From contig NC_043013.1 of the NCBI RefSeq assembly GCF_006345805.1, positions 11,346,001-11,410,000 of the forward strand: a stretch of 64,000 nt of DNA, read 5' to 3'. This document shows positions 13,591 to 30,292 of the stretch, piece by piece. This DNA comes from Octopus sinensis. Lineage: Eukaryota. The stretch's first letter is position 1. Every line of letters starts with the position of its first letter. The position numbers and the translations under genes were made by a program. The notes below the pieces were generated by a model, which saw only the letters and a list, made by a program, of their open reading frames with translations, was not told where the DNA came from and searched no databases.

Positions 13591-14337
13591 CAAGGCGCAT
13601 CTTAACATATAAAATACCCTCTCAATGCACGCCCAAACCTCTGGATCAATATGTACCATACTTGGGGTACATGAATAATTTGGCCTTGATATATATATAT
13701 ATTTTTAATCAACAATAAATAATATAATTGCTCTGTATATAATGATTCATTTCTTCAAATCTTTTTCTTAACTTCCTGTCTTTAGTGTTCTAACTAGCTA
13801 TTTTCACACACACTCGTATGTATACATCATTACAGTTGTGGCGATTTCTGATGACAAGAAAAAAAAAAAAGTATTTCGAAATGTACTTTCATGTCAGAAA
13901 AAAAATTCCATATGGAATTAGTTAAATGGGGTACTATATATTGTACATTGATTTTTCCAATACATATTTCGGACATTTTTGGAACACTTCGTCTTATTGA
14001 GACTTCATATTTCACATTTAAATCCCATGTGATTATTCTTGGCGCAAATCGACTTATTAACACTTTCACTTAACTGTTTTTTCAATGTCAACATAGTAAC
14101 TAAGTAACCAGCTATTTACACACACACAAGTATGTATACATCATTACAGCTGTGACTACTTCAGATAAAAAAAAATTTCTAAAGTTACTTTCATTTTTTT
14201 ATATTCTTCTCCGGCTTTCTAATTGTGTAAGATATTTACCCATGTGACTGTATGCGTGAGAGAAATAAATGTTCATACGGAGATTTCATTTAATTGATCA
14301 ATTATCAACAGGGCATAACTACAAATTTCTGCCCGCC

Positions 14338-14994
14338 CCCACATGACTTTGGATCGTGATAACTTTAAAAAAAACTGGATATATTTTAATGAAATTTTCT
14401 ACGAATATGTGTTATATCATGTAAATTCCGAATATATAAAATTTTGGGAGGAAAGTGTTTTAGGATGAATGGAATGGGAGAGGGTATTCGAAAAATTCAC
14501 CGGAGTACACTTCAAATCATCTTAACTTTCAGGAAAATAGATATTTTTTAAATGAAATTGTCAACAAATATAACTCGGACTATGTGGATTCCGAGCATGT
14601 AAGAATTTTGGGAGGTTATTTCGGAGAATTGTTCCCTACTCGGGTGTTTTGGAACGGGTCGTCGATATTTGTTACATTTTCTCTATTTTGTGCGTTTGTG
14701 GATCAGTGAATTTCTATTGAAGCAACAGGCAATGAAGGCAAATGAAGCCCGCACCAGAAAACTCAAGCTAAAACTAACAGCTAAATGTCTGGTACAGAGA
14801 TATATATTATAAAGACGACTTGTTACATACGATTTAATTTTCCCTTTAAGTAAATAGAAAGTCAGAAAACACCAGAAGTAAAAATGAGGAATATACACGC
14901 ACAGTTAAGCATAGAAGTGTAAAGTATAATTTGTTACATAATCTCTATAATAAACATGATACTGAAAGGAATAATTACCCGTTTAGAATTTTTC

Positions 14995-15078
<84 letters not shown>

Positions 15079-15470
15079 TGTGTGTGTGCGTGTGAGAAGA
15101 CACTGAGAAAAAGCAATTTTTTTCTACGGATTCTGACCTTGACTCCAACGGAGATTCTGAATAAGCAAAAAGCTCCTCTTTTAGGCTTTTTAATACACCC
15201 ACTCTTTAACTTTTGAATTTTCTCCCAAAATTCATATATGCTTCGAATCCTCATAGTCCGAGGTATATTTGTAGACAATTTCATTAAAAGATATTCTTTT
15301 CCCTGAAAGTTAAGACGAATTGAATTGGAAACCGGTGAATTTTCCGAACGTCGTCGCCTAAATTTTGTATATTCGTAATACACGTGATATAACACATTTT
15401 CGTTGAAAATTCTATTAAAATATATCCAATTTTCTGGAAGTTATCATCATCCAAAATCGGTGGAAAGGGG
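14338..15470. mobile_element. Foldback-like element with long degenerate inverted arms (about 14338-14614 and 15221-15470)
   Basis: For example, 14545-14613 is the reverse complement of 15221-15292; the outer segments also pair. Confidence 0.75.
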
Positions 15471-15840
15471 CCTGTGGTGAAACAGTACCAACTGTCAATG
15501 AACTCATAATGCATGTGCTGACCAAAAATTGCACAAATGTTTAGCAACAGTGAGCCATCTTAGCTCCACCTAATGATGCTGTCAACAAAATCATCTGGAA
15601 TCGCTTGCATTGTTACCCGGACAAGGGCAGTCTTTCAAATCCCTCGACACTGTCATTGATAAGAACCAGGCTGTAGTCTTTCCAACTGAAAACATGTTGC
15701 TCAGGAATCTGGTTCCACCTTGTCTGTGCAGTGGCACCATACTGGTGTTGAAAGCGTATGCGACCCCATGTCCTAGAGGAAATAATTATTAGTGGACTGT
15801 AAGGGTGAAGATATCTTCATGCCACAGATCCCGTCATTCC
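15470..15840 (+). pseudogene. Helitron PIF1-type helicase relic, internally deleted
   Basis: AILAPPNDAVNKI...LPGQGQSFKSLDTV...MLLRNLVPPCLCSGT...GEDIFMPQIP. Confidence 0.8.
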
Positions 15841-16583
15841 CACTTTTCATCGGCAATCGGTGTTTGTCACACGCTGATGACGTGTCAATACCCAGAAACT
15901 CGAGTCCGTGTGTATCATTTCAGATTGAAGATGGGTAGGATGGCTTCCCTTTGAAAATACTGATGCAAATACGCACAGAAAGTGTGTCAATAGCCAGCTG
16001 GAACAGGTGTCCTCCTGGGGCTACAAGCTACAGTAGCATCCACCCTTAAGTATTATCAACATTTAAGTGGCAATTATACTTCGCAATAATAAAATAAATA
16101 ATATATATATATATATATATATATGCACATATACATACGTATACGTATATACTTACATATATATGTATATATATATATGCATATATGGGCACAGGAAATC
16201 ACAGAACGTAAACAACATGAAATACGAAATACGAAAACATGGAATAAGAACTTTTTTGCGAATAACGAAAAGACAAATGGAAAAGAAGACAAGCAACATA
16301 AAATAAAAAACGTCCCTTCATTAGTTGTCGGCTGTTTTCCTACTTATTTCGTGCAATTCATGACAAGATACATCAACAAAATAGTTCCTCCCGGAAAGCA
16401 AATTAAGTAAAATTTGGGATTTTATGGTGGGTCAAAGTTGGTAACGAAAACAGGACGGTAAAAACAAACAGGAAGAGCTGTTAGGCCTAAACGAGACAAG
16501 GCGGAGAACGTGGAGGAACAAGCTCTGACAGGATAGAGACAAGAATGCGTCTTATTCCTGCGGCTGATCCTATATACATATAT

Positions 16584-16741
16584 ACGACAGGTTTCTTTCA
16601 GTTTCCGTCTACCAAATCCACTCACAAGGCTTTGGTCGGCCCGAGGCTATAGTAGAAGACACTTGCCCAAGGTGCCACGCAGTGGGACTGAACCCGGAAC
16701 CATGTAGTTCGTAAGCAATCTACTTACCACACAGCCACTCC
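16584..16741 (-). mobile_element. CORE-type SINE (family B), 5' half
   Basis: GGAGTGGCTGTGTGG A box, GGTTCAGTCCC B box, CACCTTGGGCAAGT CORE-like motif. Confidence 0.9.
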
Positions 16742-17185
16742 TACGCCTATTTCTTTTATTCATTTCTTTCAAATTTGAAAATGGCATCATTTTTATGAGT
16801 AAAGCCTTAGGAACTAATCTATTGATTCTTCGTTGATGAAAGCCAAAGAGAACCTCGGAGGGATATAATGTGACAAAGAAAAGAACAACGAAATGCTTAT
16901 CCTGGCATTCTACCATTTTGGCCATTCCATTATCCTTTAAAATGAAGATATTAGCGTTTCTGTAAATAGCACAAAACCTCATTATACGTTGAAATGTAAC
17001 AGAAAGCCACAATGTACCGAAATATTTTAAAGGCACTCAGAATTAATGTTGTCGCAGCTACATATTGAATGTATATGGAAGTGTATGTATGATATATGTA
17101 TGCTTGTATATGCACACACACTTACAAATATATACGAATATATGCATAAGTAACCTATATATAATTTATAGTACACACACACATA

Positions 17186-17224
<39 letters not shown>

Positions 17225-18988
17225 CATACATACACACATGTATATACACATATAAACATATACATACATATTTTTAATTCTTTTATGGTAACGTTAAGGA
17301 TATGCAAATAAAGCTCCTATTTCATTATGCCGGCTACCTTTTAATAATACTAACTAGTGAATTACTTTTTCGGAGCTGCATCATGGTTATACCGATGTAA
17401 TGTAGGATACATATAGTAATATAAATTCTAGGATGGCATTTATAAATATATAATACATCGCTACGAGCGTTTCCACAAGTCGCATGAGTATAACATCAGA
17501 GTCCATATCCTTAGGATGAGTACAGTATAGTTCGTAGTATCGGTCACTATCCAGTAGGTCATCATCATTGATTCATTTCATCAGGCGATATTGCATTCGT
17601 GGATGAATCAGAGAAGGATGCTTATCTCTTCTTGCTAGTATGAAGGCCAATAGAGCTATGTGAGTATTTCTCTGTGTAAGTGGTAGGAGGAGGCAGGTGA
17701 TGATAGTAGAGGAAGAAATGGTAGTAATATGGAGATGGAGGTGTATGTGTGGTGGTCTTGGATCTATTTACTATTTATCCTGCAGATTTTAAGGCTGGTC
17801 ATTCATTCAGCAGATTTAAGGACAGTAGTACATTTCCTTGTTCTATTTCATTCAAGACCTGACCCTCTTCAATCCGAACATGAGGTCAGCTACTATATAT
17901 TGGGGTTTCTCGACCGAATTGATTAATTCTACCCTCTTATGGTGACTTTTCCATTGAATTTGGTATTGTGTGTATCAGCTTAAACATTGGTATGTTCATT
18001 TATTTGTTCGGGTGTATTTGTTATTTGATTTCAAAATAGTTTTAAAAATTCCATGAATGATATTTTGTTCCTAGGCTAATATGATATGGCCATCTCAGAG
18101 TGACTATTTATCTGGTTTTCCCTGAATGTGATTGTTTCCAAAGTTTCTTCAAGGTATATGTTGCATACCCGTGAAGGTTCTGTTATAGGATACTATTTCA
18201 TAACTATTTTTCTGTTGATTTACTATTGGTGGAGTTACTATTAGAGGGACAGCAGAAAAAGGACGAGTCATAGGTGGCCTTCTTTCGTCAATCAAGTTAC
18301 CCAATGTCCTTACAGTTTCGGGCAGTTTCACTTGATATTGTTCAATCTGATTGCACCACCAAAATGTCTAAAATTAAGAGCATTAGGTTTTTTTGTAAGA
18401 AAGTTAGCGAATGTTTGTAACAAAGGCAAAAAAAAAAAAAACGGAGAACATGGTATACAACCACAAATACAAACAACATGAATATACCTGAGAACGAATC
18501 AAATTGAGCTGGCGTGTATAAAGTGAAAGCCTAAAGACAGGGACATAGGAGATGGACATAAGAGGTATTGGCGGTCGGCAGTCAGGCCAAGCAACAAAGA
18601 TTATAGCTGGCCGAACACGTAGAAGGAGGAGAGAGGGGTAGTGGGTAGCGGGATTGATGGATTAGAAATAATTAACGAGACAAAGGGAAAGGTACATGAG
18701 AGATAAACGAGGAGGAAAAGTGGGAGTTAAAGAAGGAGAGGGCCAAGAAATATGAGAGTGGGATAACGAGAAAAAGAAAAGAGGCGAGAGAAAAAAAAGA
18801 AGGTATGAGAGTGACTAAAAGAAAGAGTAAAAGATGCAGCACGGAATTTTGTCAGTGAACAAGTCGCGGTCTCAAAGCGACGAAAATATTTTGACAAAAT
18901 AAAATTTAAATGTTGAAATGAATCTAATGGTTTTTGTGTGTTTCTTAAATGGCTTATAATCACCTTCCACGCTGCAATTTTTTTCGTT

Positions 18989-22308
<3,320 letters not shown>

Positions 22309-22588
22309 TGCCGTTATTTGCTAATCTACTTATACATGAGTGTAGAAATGGGTAGGTATGTAGGTATGTAAATATGTATGAGAAATTGTGTCTAAGAACT
22401 GTGTTATTTAATGCCCCACGAGAATTTCGTTTATATCGGTCATAAACTGTTTGCGCTTTTCCCGTTGCCATAAAAATGTTTCTTCGTACACAGATGTCTG
22501 TGTGTATTTCACATATACGTCACGTACACACAAACACACACAGTTACAAAGACATACATAAACACACATATACATACATAGACAGGTA

Positions 22589-22626
<38 letters not shown>

Positions 22627-22632
22627 CAGATA

Positions 22633-23560
22633 TATGAGGGTTGGCTAAAAATTCCATAGGTTGATCATGATACTTCCAGAGCATGTGACTAAATGAGGTT
22701 TATTTTTCAACATAGTCGCCTTTGAATTCCATGCATTTCTTCCATCAGTGTTGAAGCTCATTGATGAAGAAGCTTTCATCCTGCTCGTCAAAAACAGACA
22801 TGACGTCATCAACAGCAATTATGACGGCATCATCACGGTGATACAGCTTCTCATGCAGGAGGCTTTTTATGCTAAGGGACAGAGGATGTGTACATGAGGA
22901 CAAATCAAGAACATAGGTAGAGTGATCAAACAGTTCAAAGTCACAGTCACTCGCAACATCCATTGCAACCAAGGACTTGTGTGCTGAAGCGTTGCTCTGG
23001 CCTCAGAGAACAACACTCCCTTACTTACTCTCTCTCTCTCTCTCTCTTTTACTCTTTTACTTTTTTCCGTCATTTGACTGCGGCCATGCTGGAGCACTGC
23101 CTTTGGTCGAGCAAATCGACCCCGGGACTTATTCTTTGTAAGCCCAGTACTTATTCTATCGGTCTCTTTTTGCCGAACCGCTAAGTGACGGAAGCGTAAG
23201 CACACCAGCATCGCTTGTCAAGCAATGCTAGGGGGACAAACAAACGCAGACACACAAACATACACACAGACATACATATATATACATATATACGACAGGC
23301 TTCTTTCAGTTTCCGTCTACCAAATCGACTCACAAGGCTTTGGTCGGCCCGAGGCTCTAGCAGAAGACACTTGCCCAAGATGCCACGCAGTGGGTCTGAA
23401 CCCGGAACCATGTGGTTGGTTAGCAAGCTACTTACTACACAGCCACTCCTGCGCCTCAGCCGTTTTGTTCATAAACTTTGCAGCTATTACATTTTTTGGT
23501 ATAATTCTCTCCAATGATGGTGCGGCTCTTTAATAGGTACCAGTGAAATATTGGGATCGA
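22633..23560 (-). mobile_element. Degenerate mariner transposase C-terminus and TIR, interrupted by a family B SINE
   Basis: NASAHKSLVAMDVASDCDFELFDH...WKKCMEFKGDYVEK*; TIR TATGAGGGTTGGCTAAAAAT; RTIIGENY continues beyond the SINE. Confidence 0.85.
23025..23455 (-). mobile_element. Full-length family B CORE-SINE
   Basis: Head, CORE motif, internal (TA)/(TG) tract and GGCCGCAGTCAAATGAC...AAAAGAGTAAAAGAG tail. Confidence 0.9.
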
Positions 23561-24204
23561 TGTAAACTTCTAGTCTTCTCCCACAAAATTTCTGATCCTT
23601 TGCCTTGAGCAGAAAGTATTATTTAGAATTTTATTTAGAAAATATTAAATACTTAGTGCATTTTAGAAGTATAAGCATTTTATTGCACGTCAATTTTAAC
23701 AGTAAAATCTCATATGAACCCTAAGATCCATAAAGACCTCGATTGAGAGCAACTGCTTTATAGGGTATTAATATGGTGTTGTAAAAATTATATGATTCTA
23801 TATATATATTATTAGGTCAAATTAAATTTTCTTAATATAATGTGAATAAAAGTCTGCCTACTACTTCTTAATCGCTACATATAAACTGCATTAATCTAAT
23901 GTCGATATGGTTTATATATGTATTTCTTTATTTAATTAAGATAATAAAACATTCATTAATCTTGTTTTGATAAAAATAATATGATCTTTTAATTTTCAAT
24001 GACTGTATAAATTATACAATTCTGGTGTTAATAAATATTGCGCATTCCTATACATTTTTATACATGGTGATAAAATTACTTACTTCTCCGTAAGCTATCC
24101 GTCGGTAATTTATGAATGCTTGCTTTTTTTTTTTTTTGCATTTATGCACTTTACTTTCAATTCTTCTTTTTCGAAGTCTTGAAAACATATGGATTATATA
24201 TATG

Positions 24205-24327
<123 letters not shown>

Positions 24328-24340
24328 TAGATATATAATA

Positions 24341-24662
24341 AACTTAGATAAACTTAGATATGTTTCGACCAAAGATTGGTCCAGGCCATGTCTAACTTAA
24401 TAGCACCACCTGATAGGATTATTCGAATCCTGTTTAAGTCAAGTTTTGTTTATGGTCCATTCAAGTAGTGAGTTCTTGTTGGGTGAGTTGTATCCAATTA
24501 TGGGTGGCTTATCTGGTATTCTTTGAAGGAATCTATCCAGACTCCGTTTAAAGTTGATGGGATCCTTTTCCTCTTTGATCTCCCTCGGGACAATGTTAAA
24601 TAGGGCAGGGCCTGTTGAGGAACAGAAATTATGTTGCAGTGTACATGTATGTTGTGATCTTG
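24341..24662 (-). mobile_element. 5'-truncated CR1-group LINE 3' end
   Basis: TLQHNFCSSTGPALFNIVPREIK...FKRSLDRFLQRIPDKP...NSLLEW; homologous to 10343-10772. Confidence 0.8.
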
Positions 24663-24668
24663 TACATG

Positions 24669-24700
<32 letters not shown>

Positions 24701-24706
24701 ATATAT

Positions 24707-24789
<83 letters not shown>

Positions 24790-24962
24790 GTATATAGACA
24801 TACACTCACTTATTTATATATACATGCGGTTTTTTGCATCCAGCTAACTCTCAATAAATTCTTGCTGCTCAATAAGTTTTGCTGCTCGACATATATCTGG
24901 GTCATTGAAAGCCGTATACATTATTCTAATAATATCTCATTTTAGTGTATCGCTGTGATAAA

Positions 24963-25007
<45 letters not shown>

Positions 25008-25646
25008 GGCCTATTTAGAAGAAGAAGAGTAGCTCCCATGAAGCGAAGTATGATTTCTCATTCTGATGGAATAAAGTTATACTCAGCCTCGAAGCATAGC
25101 TTGATCACGTGTAACTTGTGATGCCCATCTACTAGCACCAAACTACATGCCGGAATTTTGCATTCACTTCCCGTATTTGTTATGACTATCTTTTGCTTTC
25201 GACATCTTGGCTTTCAGTTTAAGCTGGACTTTCTGAAATATATTGTCTCTATACAAGCTTAATCTATCAAATACAGAATCGATTAACAATCACGATTACT
25301 GCTTCGCAGAATGATTGTATTCGCCATCGTATTATTTTTGGTGTTTTTTTGTATTTATATTCGTGTAACATCGTCCGTTTTTCTGTCCTTGTTTCGTATA
25401 TATTCAATCCCTTTTCCAAGAAATCTACTGCTCGTAGCTTAGTTTTTCCTTGGGGCTGGCCAGATCGGAGCAATCGCAAGATTAATCAGCCGAAATTGGG
25501 AGGATGATTCGGTTCTTGACTGAAGATTAGAGACTTCGAATGACCAGTCCGTGTTTTTTGTATCGTCTGTTTTGCGTTCTTGTCCCATTTTGTATTTATA
25601 TATATTTTAGCGGCGTACGTACACCTTATTCTCTTATATATATATA

Positions 25647-25679
<33 letters not shown>

Positions 25680-25689
25680 CATACATACA

Positions 25690-25815
25690 CGCTGGTCTTG
25701 TTTCAGCTCCCTCTACCAAATCCACTCACGAGGCATTGGTTGGCACAAAGCTATACTAGAGGACACTCTAGGTGCGACGTAGTGGGACTGAACCCAGAAT
25801 CATGTGGTTAAGAAG
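25690..25815 (-). mobile_element. Degenerate family B SINE head
   Basis: CTACCAAATCCACTCAC...AGTGGGACTGAACCC. Confidence 0.7.
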
Positions 25816-25995
25816 TATAAGCCACAGTGAGACAGAGAAGCAGCCAGACCGACAGTGCCTTAAAGAGGGTATCTGTAAGATTTAAGACTTACAAACCTAA
25901 CGTAGTAGACCTCATACACGGAATAATTCTCTTGTAAAGAACCAATAATGTTCTAGTTTAGGTTTCACTGGTTTACAAGTTTTTCAATACCTTAA

Positions 25996-26581
25996 CCCCT
26001 TACCCAACAATTATTTTGAAAATAAATGTATTTTGTCAGACATATTTTTTTATTGTTTTATTTTACTATGTTTTAAATGGTGATTTCGAGGTATATTTCA
26101 AACCTTACTTATTATGAATTTTAATTCAATAATATAGATTTTAAATTACCGCTTTGGGCAGAAACGAGTTAACCCGTTATTTTCATAAATCATATTACTT
26201 TTACAAAAAATCATGTTATTTTATTTGGTTATCGACATGGTGGGGTTATAATATAAAGGTATAAAAAAAACAACGTAAAAACAAAGTGAATACTTCTATT
26301 CATAAAATGTGCCTTCCAACCCTTCCACTGTCTCCAGGTGACTAAATCATACTCGGTCTTCAATGCCTTACTCAAGCGAAAGGTGGCAGAAATCGTCACT
26401 GCCAGACGTATAAAGTGAGCGAATATACTCGTATATGTCAAAAAAGAGTTTATAATAGACAAAGGAACTCGTTTGCTGTCGATTTTGGCGATTCTATCTT
26501 TTGACGAGTTAACTCGCCAGAGATAGAAAAAAAAAACGATTTCGCTCAAAACGCATATATTCGTTTCTGCCGGGTAAGGTG
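25996..26581. mobile_element. piggyBac-like MITE
   Basis: TTAA|CCCCTTACCC ... GGGTAAGGTG|TTAA; internal CGAGTTAAC motifs near both ends. Confidence 0.55.
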
Positions 26582-27082
26582 TTAATGAAAAAAAAAAAAT
26601 GCTCTCAGGAATGAGAGATCAAAGGCGTAATAGATTTTGATATAGATTTAGAATTTTTATTTCGACTTCATGTAATGGTAAAGAACGTCACATTTCCTAT
26701 CAAATGGTTATTGATGAAGTCGATGAATGCTTGTCTGATATGTTTGAGAATTCTCGTCTATCTTCTCAATCCCGTCTTTCCGCATTGCTATGATTTGGAA
26801 GAAAGTTAGTAGGACTTTCTCATCAAAGTGGTACGACGTCGTAAGATTTGTTAAGCTAGATTTTTAAATAATTCTAGACGGATCCGCCCTAAACAAGCTG
26901 GCAGCAGCTGTGTGACATAAATTTTAGAAATCAGCGAACCCCCCCCCCCCCCAAAAAAAATGTGCTTCACTTGAACTTCGAAAATTTAAGAGGCATAATT
27001 TACTACTACTACTACAACTACTACCATAGCAGCAGTATTATTATTAGTAGTAGTAGTAGTACTAGCAGCAGCATCAGCAGTC

Positions 27083-27119
<37 letters not shown>

Positions 27120-28197
27120 TAGTGGTGGTGGTGGTGGTGGTGGTGGTGGTGGTGGTGGTGGTGGTGGTGATGGTGTTGGTGGTGGTATGATGGTGATGCG
27201 GACACTAGCATAAATGCTACTAAATGGAGAAGAAGAAGAAGAAGAAGAAGAAGAAGAAGAAGAAGAAGAAGAAGAAGAAGGCATTCGCATAAACAAGACT
27301 GTCGCTCAGAAAGAAAGTCCTGTAAAACATGAGTATATCCTTGACTTCTTGTATTTCTGTTAAACTCTCCTTCTCTCCTTTCCCCTCCCTCTCTTTATCA
27401 ATCTATCTATCTTTCTGTCTATCTATATATTTCTGTCTCTCTCCCTGTCTTTCTCTCTCTCTCTCTCTCTTCTCTTCATTCTGTTTCTCTATTTCAAACA
27501 GTGTCAGAGTGCGTGATTCTGTGTATATAAAACAGCATTTTAGCTTGTCTGCTTGCATGGAACTATCTGTAACTCTCTATAGACATGAACGCGAGTGTGT
27601 GTATGTGTGTATGTGTGTTTGTGTTCATGTGTGTGAGTGTATGCGGATGTGTGTGAGGGTTATTTAACTTGGTTGTAAATAACATGAACATGATATATTC
27701 GTAATAAAATACAAGTAATGACTTTCTAATCGTTGAAATAAATTCAAAAAACAAACTCATAGACAAATACACACACACTTAAGGAAGTACAGGAGCCTTC
27801 ACGTGGTTGCTAGTACTGTTAAGACAGACAACGAATGTCCCTGAAACGTTACCCCACCACACCACTGCAAAATGAAAAAGAAAGAACATTTTGGAGCATG
27901 TAAAACTATATACATAATACAAAATGGTCGCGGATGAAACGCCGCTTGGGCAAGCGCTTTTAGATGAAGCAAGGCAAGAATTAAATAACTGAAACAAACA
28001 AAAGAACCACACGCAGAGATAAATACGAAATTACGTGATATGGTAGAACAGACAATCAAATTCTTTCTCTATCTTTCTATGTCTGTCTTTGTCGCTTTCT
28101 CTCTCTCTCTTATTACATCCAAACCGTTTTACAGACAATGCAATATATTAAGTCAAGAAACTTTGTCTGGAAAAGTTTAAGCTTTTCCTCTGCCTTC

Positions 28198-28316
28198 TAT
28201 AAATACGTAATTTGATTTTGCTTCACTTGTGCAACGCTATAGCCAATCAACAAAGCGACTTTACACTGTTTGCATATATGCGTCAGACCGCAAGTTCCGT
28301 TCGTTTCGAGGTGAGT
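28198..28316 (+). promoter_or_regulatory. Possible TATA box and short first exon ending at a consensus donor
   Basis: TATAAATA at 28198-28205; GAG|GTGAGT at 28310/28311; locally CpG-containing; no downstream exon established. Confidence 0.25.
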
Positions 28317-28507
28317 AGAGTGCACGATAAAGAAGATAAGAAAGAAAGCGAAATATCAATATCCATATTTCTTGTTCATTAGGGGAGAGTTGTCACGCCT
28401 GGTCTGAGACATTTAGTGGTTATTTTTTTTTTAATACGTGGCGTCAAGAAGGCACGTTTCCTAGGATGCTTCACCACAGCAAATAGGCATAAACAAAACA
28501 CATAGAT

Positions 28508-29025
28508 TATTCAGGATTACTCAAAAAGAATGAACCGATTTCATTACGCAGGGAAAGCAATTGAAAGCTCCAGCTAAGTCACATCTATTTACTCACAATC
28601 AACTTTTATTTCTTTACAAGTGTTCAATGTGGCCACCTCATGCAGCACGGGCAACATCGATGCGATAAGAAAATCCCTACCAGACTCGTATCAGCATATC
28701 ATCATCCACTGAGTTGATCACAGTTGTTATTCGATGCTTAAGGTAATCGAGGCTAGTGAGTAGCGGCGAAGTTTTCTAAATTTTGACTGGATGCCACAAG
28801 GGCGCTGTAGTTGCATCGTTCTTCACTGTGAATGGCAAGTCCTCAGCAAAAGGCGTTCTGCGTTCTCAAGTTCGCGAAAACAAATTCGGTTGTCACGGTC
28901 CAGCCTGATTATCGAAGGTGATTCGACATTAATCCGCCCTCTCCTCAGAAAATTCTACGGTGGTTTCAACAGTTTCAGAAGAGTGGGTGTCTGTGTAAAG
29001 GAAAAAAGTCGAGGACGATCATGAG
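28508..29025. mobile_element. Tc1/mariner (rosa/DD41D-like) relic: inverted C-terminus plus TIR lies upstream of the N-terminus
   Basis: Plus strand from 28832: MASPQQKAFCVLKFAKTNSVVTVQ...GCLCKGKSRGR. Minus strand 28742-28614: LKHRITTVINSVDDDMLIRVW*GFSYRIDVARAA*GGHIEHL*. TIR-like TATTCAGGATTACTCAAAAAGAATG. Confidence 0.8.
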
Positions 29026-29443
29026 TTTTGGAGAAGCAAGTGGCGTGAATCCATGCTGCGTTTGAGGGAAGACCATGGTAGTCCACAAAGTATCATATTA
29101 TACATGAAGCAGAAATCCAGAATATATTTTGTTATCATCCACAGGATTACTGCTCATTCCATCAACAGCATTTCGGGGCTGAGGAACATGGATTTTGTTT
29201 GATTTTCTTCACGTTCAGTCATTCTTGAGAGAAATGGCCTTCAAGCCTTCTAACACAGTATACATTGAAGTCTGCCATTAAGACTAAAGTGTTGTACTGA
29301 TCAAATTTAATTAATACTTCTGTATCTTTAAGGCTGACTTATATATTCTATTTTGAGATTCTGGTGCACTTTATGTAGTGCATGTAACTATTTTGAATAG
29401 CTTTATATGTAGCATTAGTTGGTACCATATCAACGTTTAATAT

Positions 29444-29750
29444 GGCCGCGCATCGGCTGCGTTGGCGCCCGCAAAGGCGCTCGACATGCACCGCGCGCTT
29501 CGCACCAGATAATGAACCACCGCTCGGCGACGGCCCGATCCCTTCTCCATCGAGTGAGCGAGGAAACTACGGAAGTGGCGGTTTTTCATCGTCGCAAACG
29601 CGCGCGACACCTCGACGTCAAACCGGCCGGCCGACTGCGCGACGCGAGCGCCCGACGACCGCCGCCGAAGAAACAACGACGATCGAAAGAGCACCACGCG
29701 CGCCGCCGGTCACTGCAGCGGACGAAGGGACGAAGGCAGGCAGCATTCGC
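29444..29750 (-). rRNA. Dispersed 28S rRNA fragment (pseudogene; ES30/D9-ES31/D10 region)
   Basis: Isolated GC/CpG island; minus-strand GCGACGATGAAAAACCGCCACTTCCGTAGTTTCCTCGCTCACTCGATGG aligns by eye, from memory, to the 28S core GCCGGTGAAATACCACTACT..CGTTTT..ACTTACTCGGTGAGG. Confidence 0.65.
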
Positions 29751-30292
29751 AGAAATTCACTATGGTTCCTTTCTTTTCTGTTGTTTCGTAGTACAACATA
29801 ATTTCTTATGTGTTTTTATCTGCTCTATCTCTTGTTACATGTGTTTCAAAGAGTATTACATATAGAGATTGAGTGCATGCGACAAACGCTCCCAGATAGG
29901 ACACTGTGGTTTTATTACAACCCTCTGACATTCCAATAAAATACGGTATGAAATTTACACATATGCAATACTATCATATATATATATATATTTTTATATT
30001 TACACACACGCAAACATACATGTTTAATATTCCCACCAACCACAAACAGAAATACCCACAGAACTTGCTTGACCTTCATAGAGGTAAAAGAGGATAAGCA
30101 TCCATTTGTTGTACATCAAATTATGTGATATCAGCTGAAAAAATAAATCAAAGATGGCGATCAACCGGATGACCATTGATACTGTGGATTACACTGTAAT
30201 CATTCCAGGAATACGAGCTATGATCTTAAGAGTCATGCGATTTGTAGAAACGCGCGCAGTGATGCATTAAGTGCATATAAATTCCGTGCAAG

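Noticed and set aside
13793-14195. Old ~315-bp-period direct duplication
   Set aside because: Degenerate, with no coding or structural signal
17455-17515. Third hammerhead-like motif on the minus strand (CTGATGT...GAAACGCTCGTA)
   Set aside because: A9 is mutated and stems I and II do not pair convincingly; at most a decayed relic
27780-27990. Two strong minus-strand acceptors with short open frames
   Set aside because: Weak donor, 56-nt implied intron and no recognisable protein; such acceptors arise by chance in AT-rich DNA
28621-28742. Apparent plus-strand exon (acceptor ...TACAAG, donor AAG|GTAATC)
   Set aside because: Stops in all frames; it is the antisense of a transposase C-terminus
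29419-29865. Arg/Ala-rich ORFs on both strands
   Set aside because: By-product of high GC in an rRNA-derived fragment
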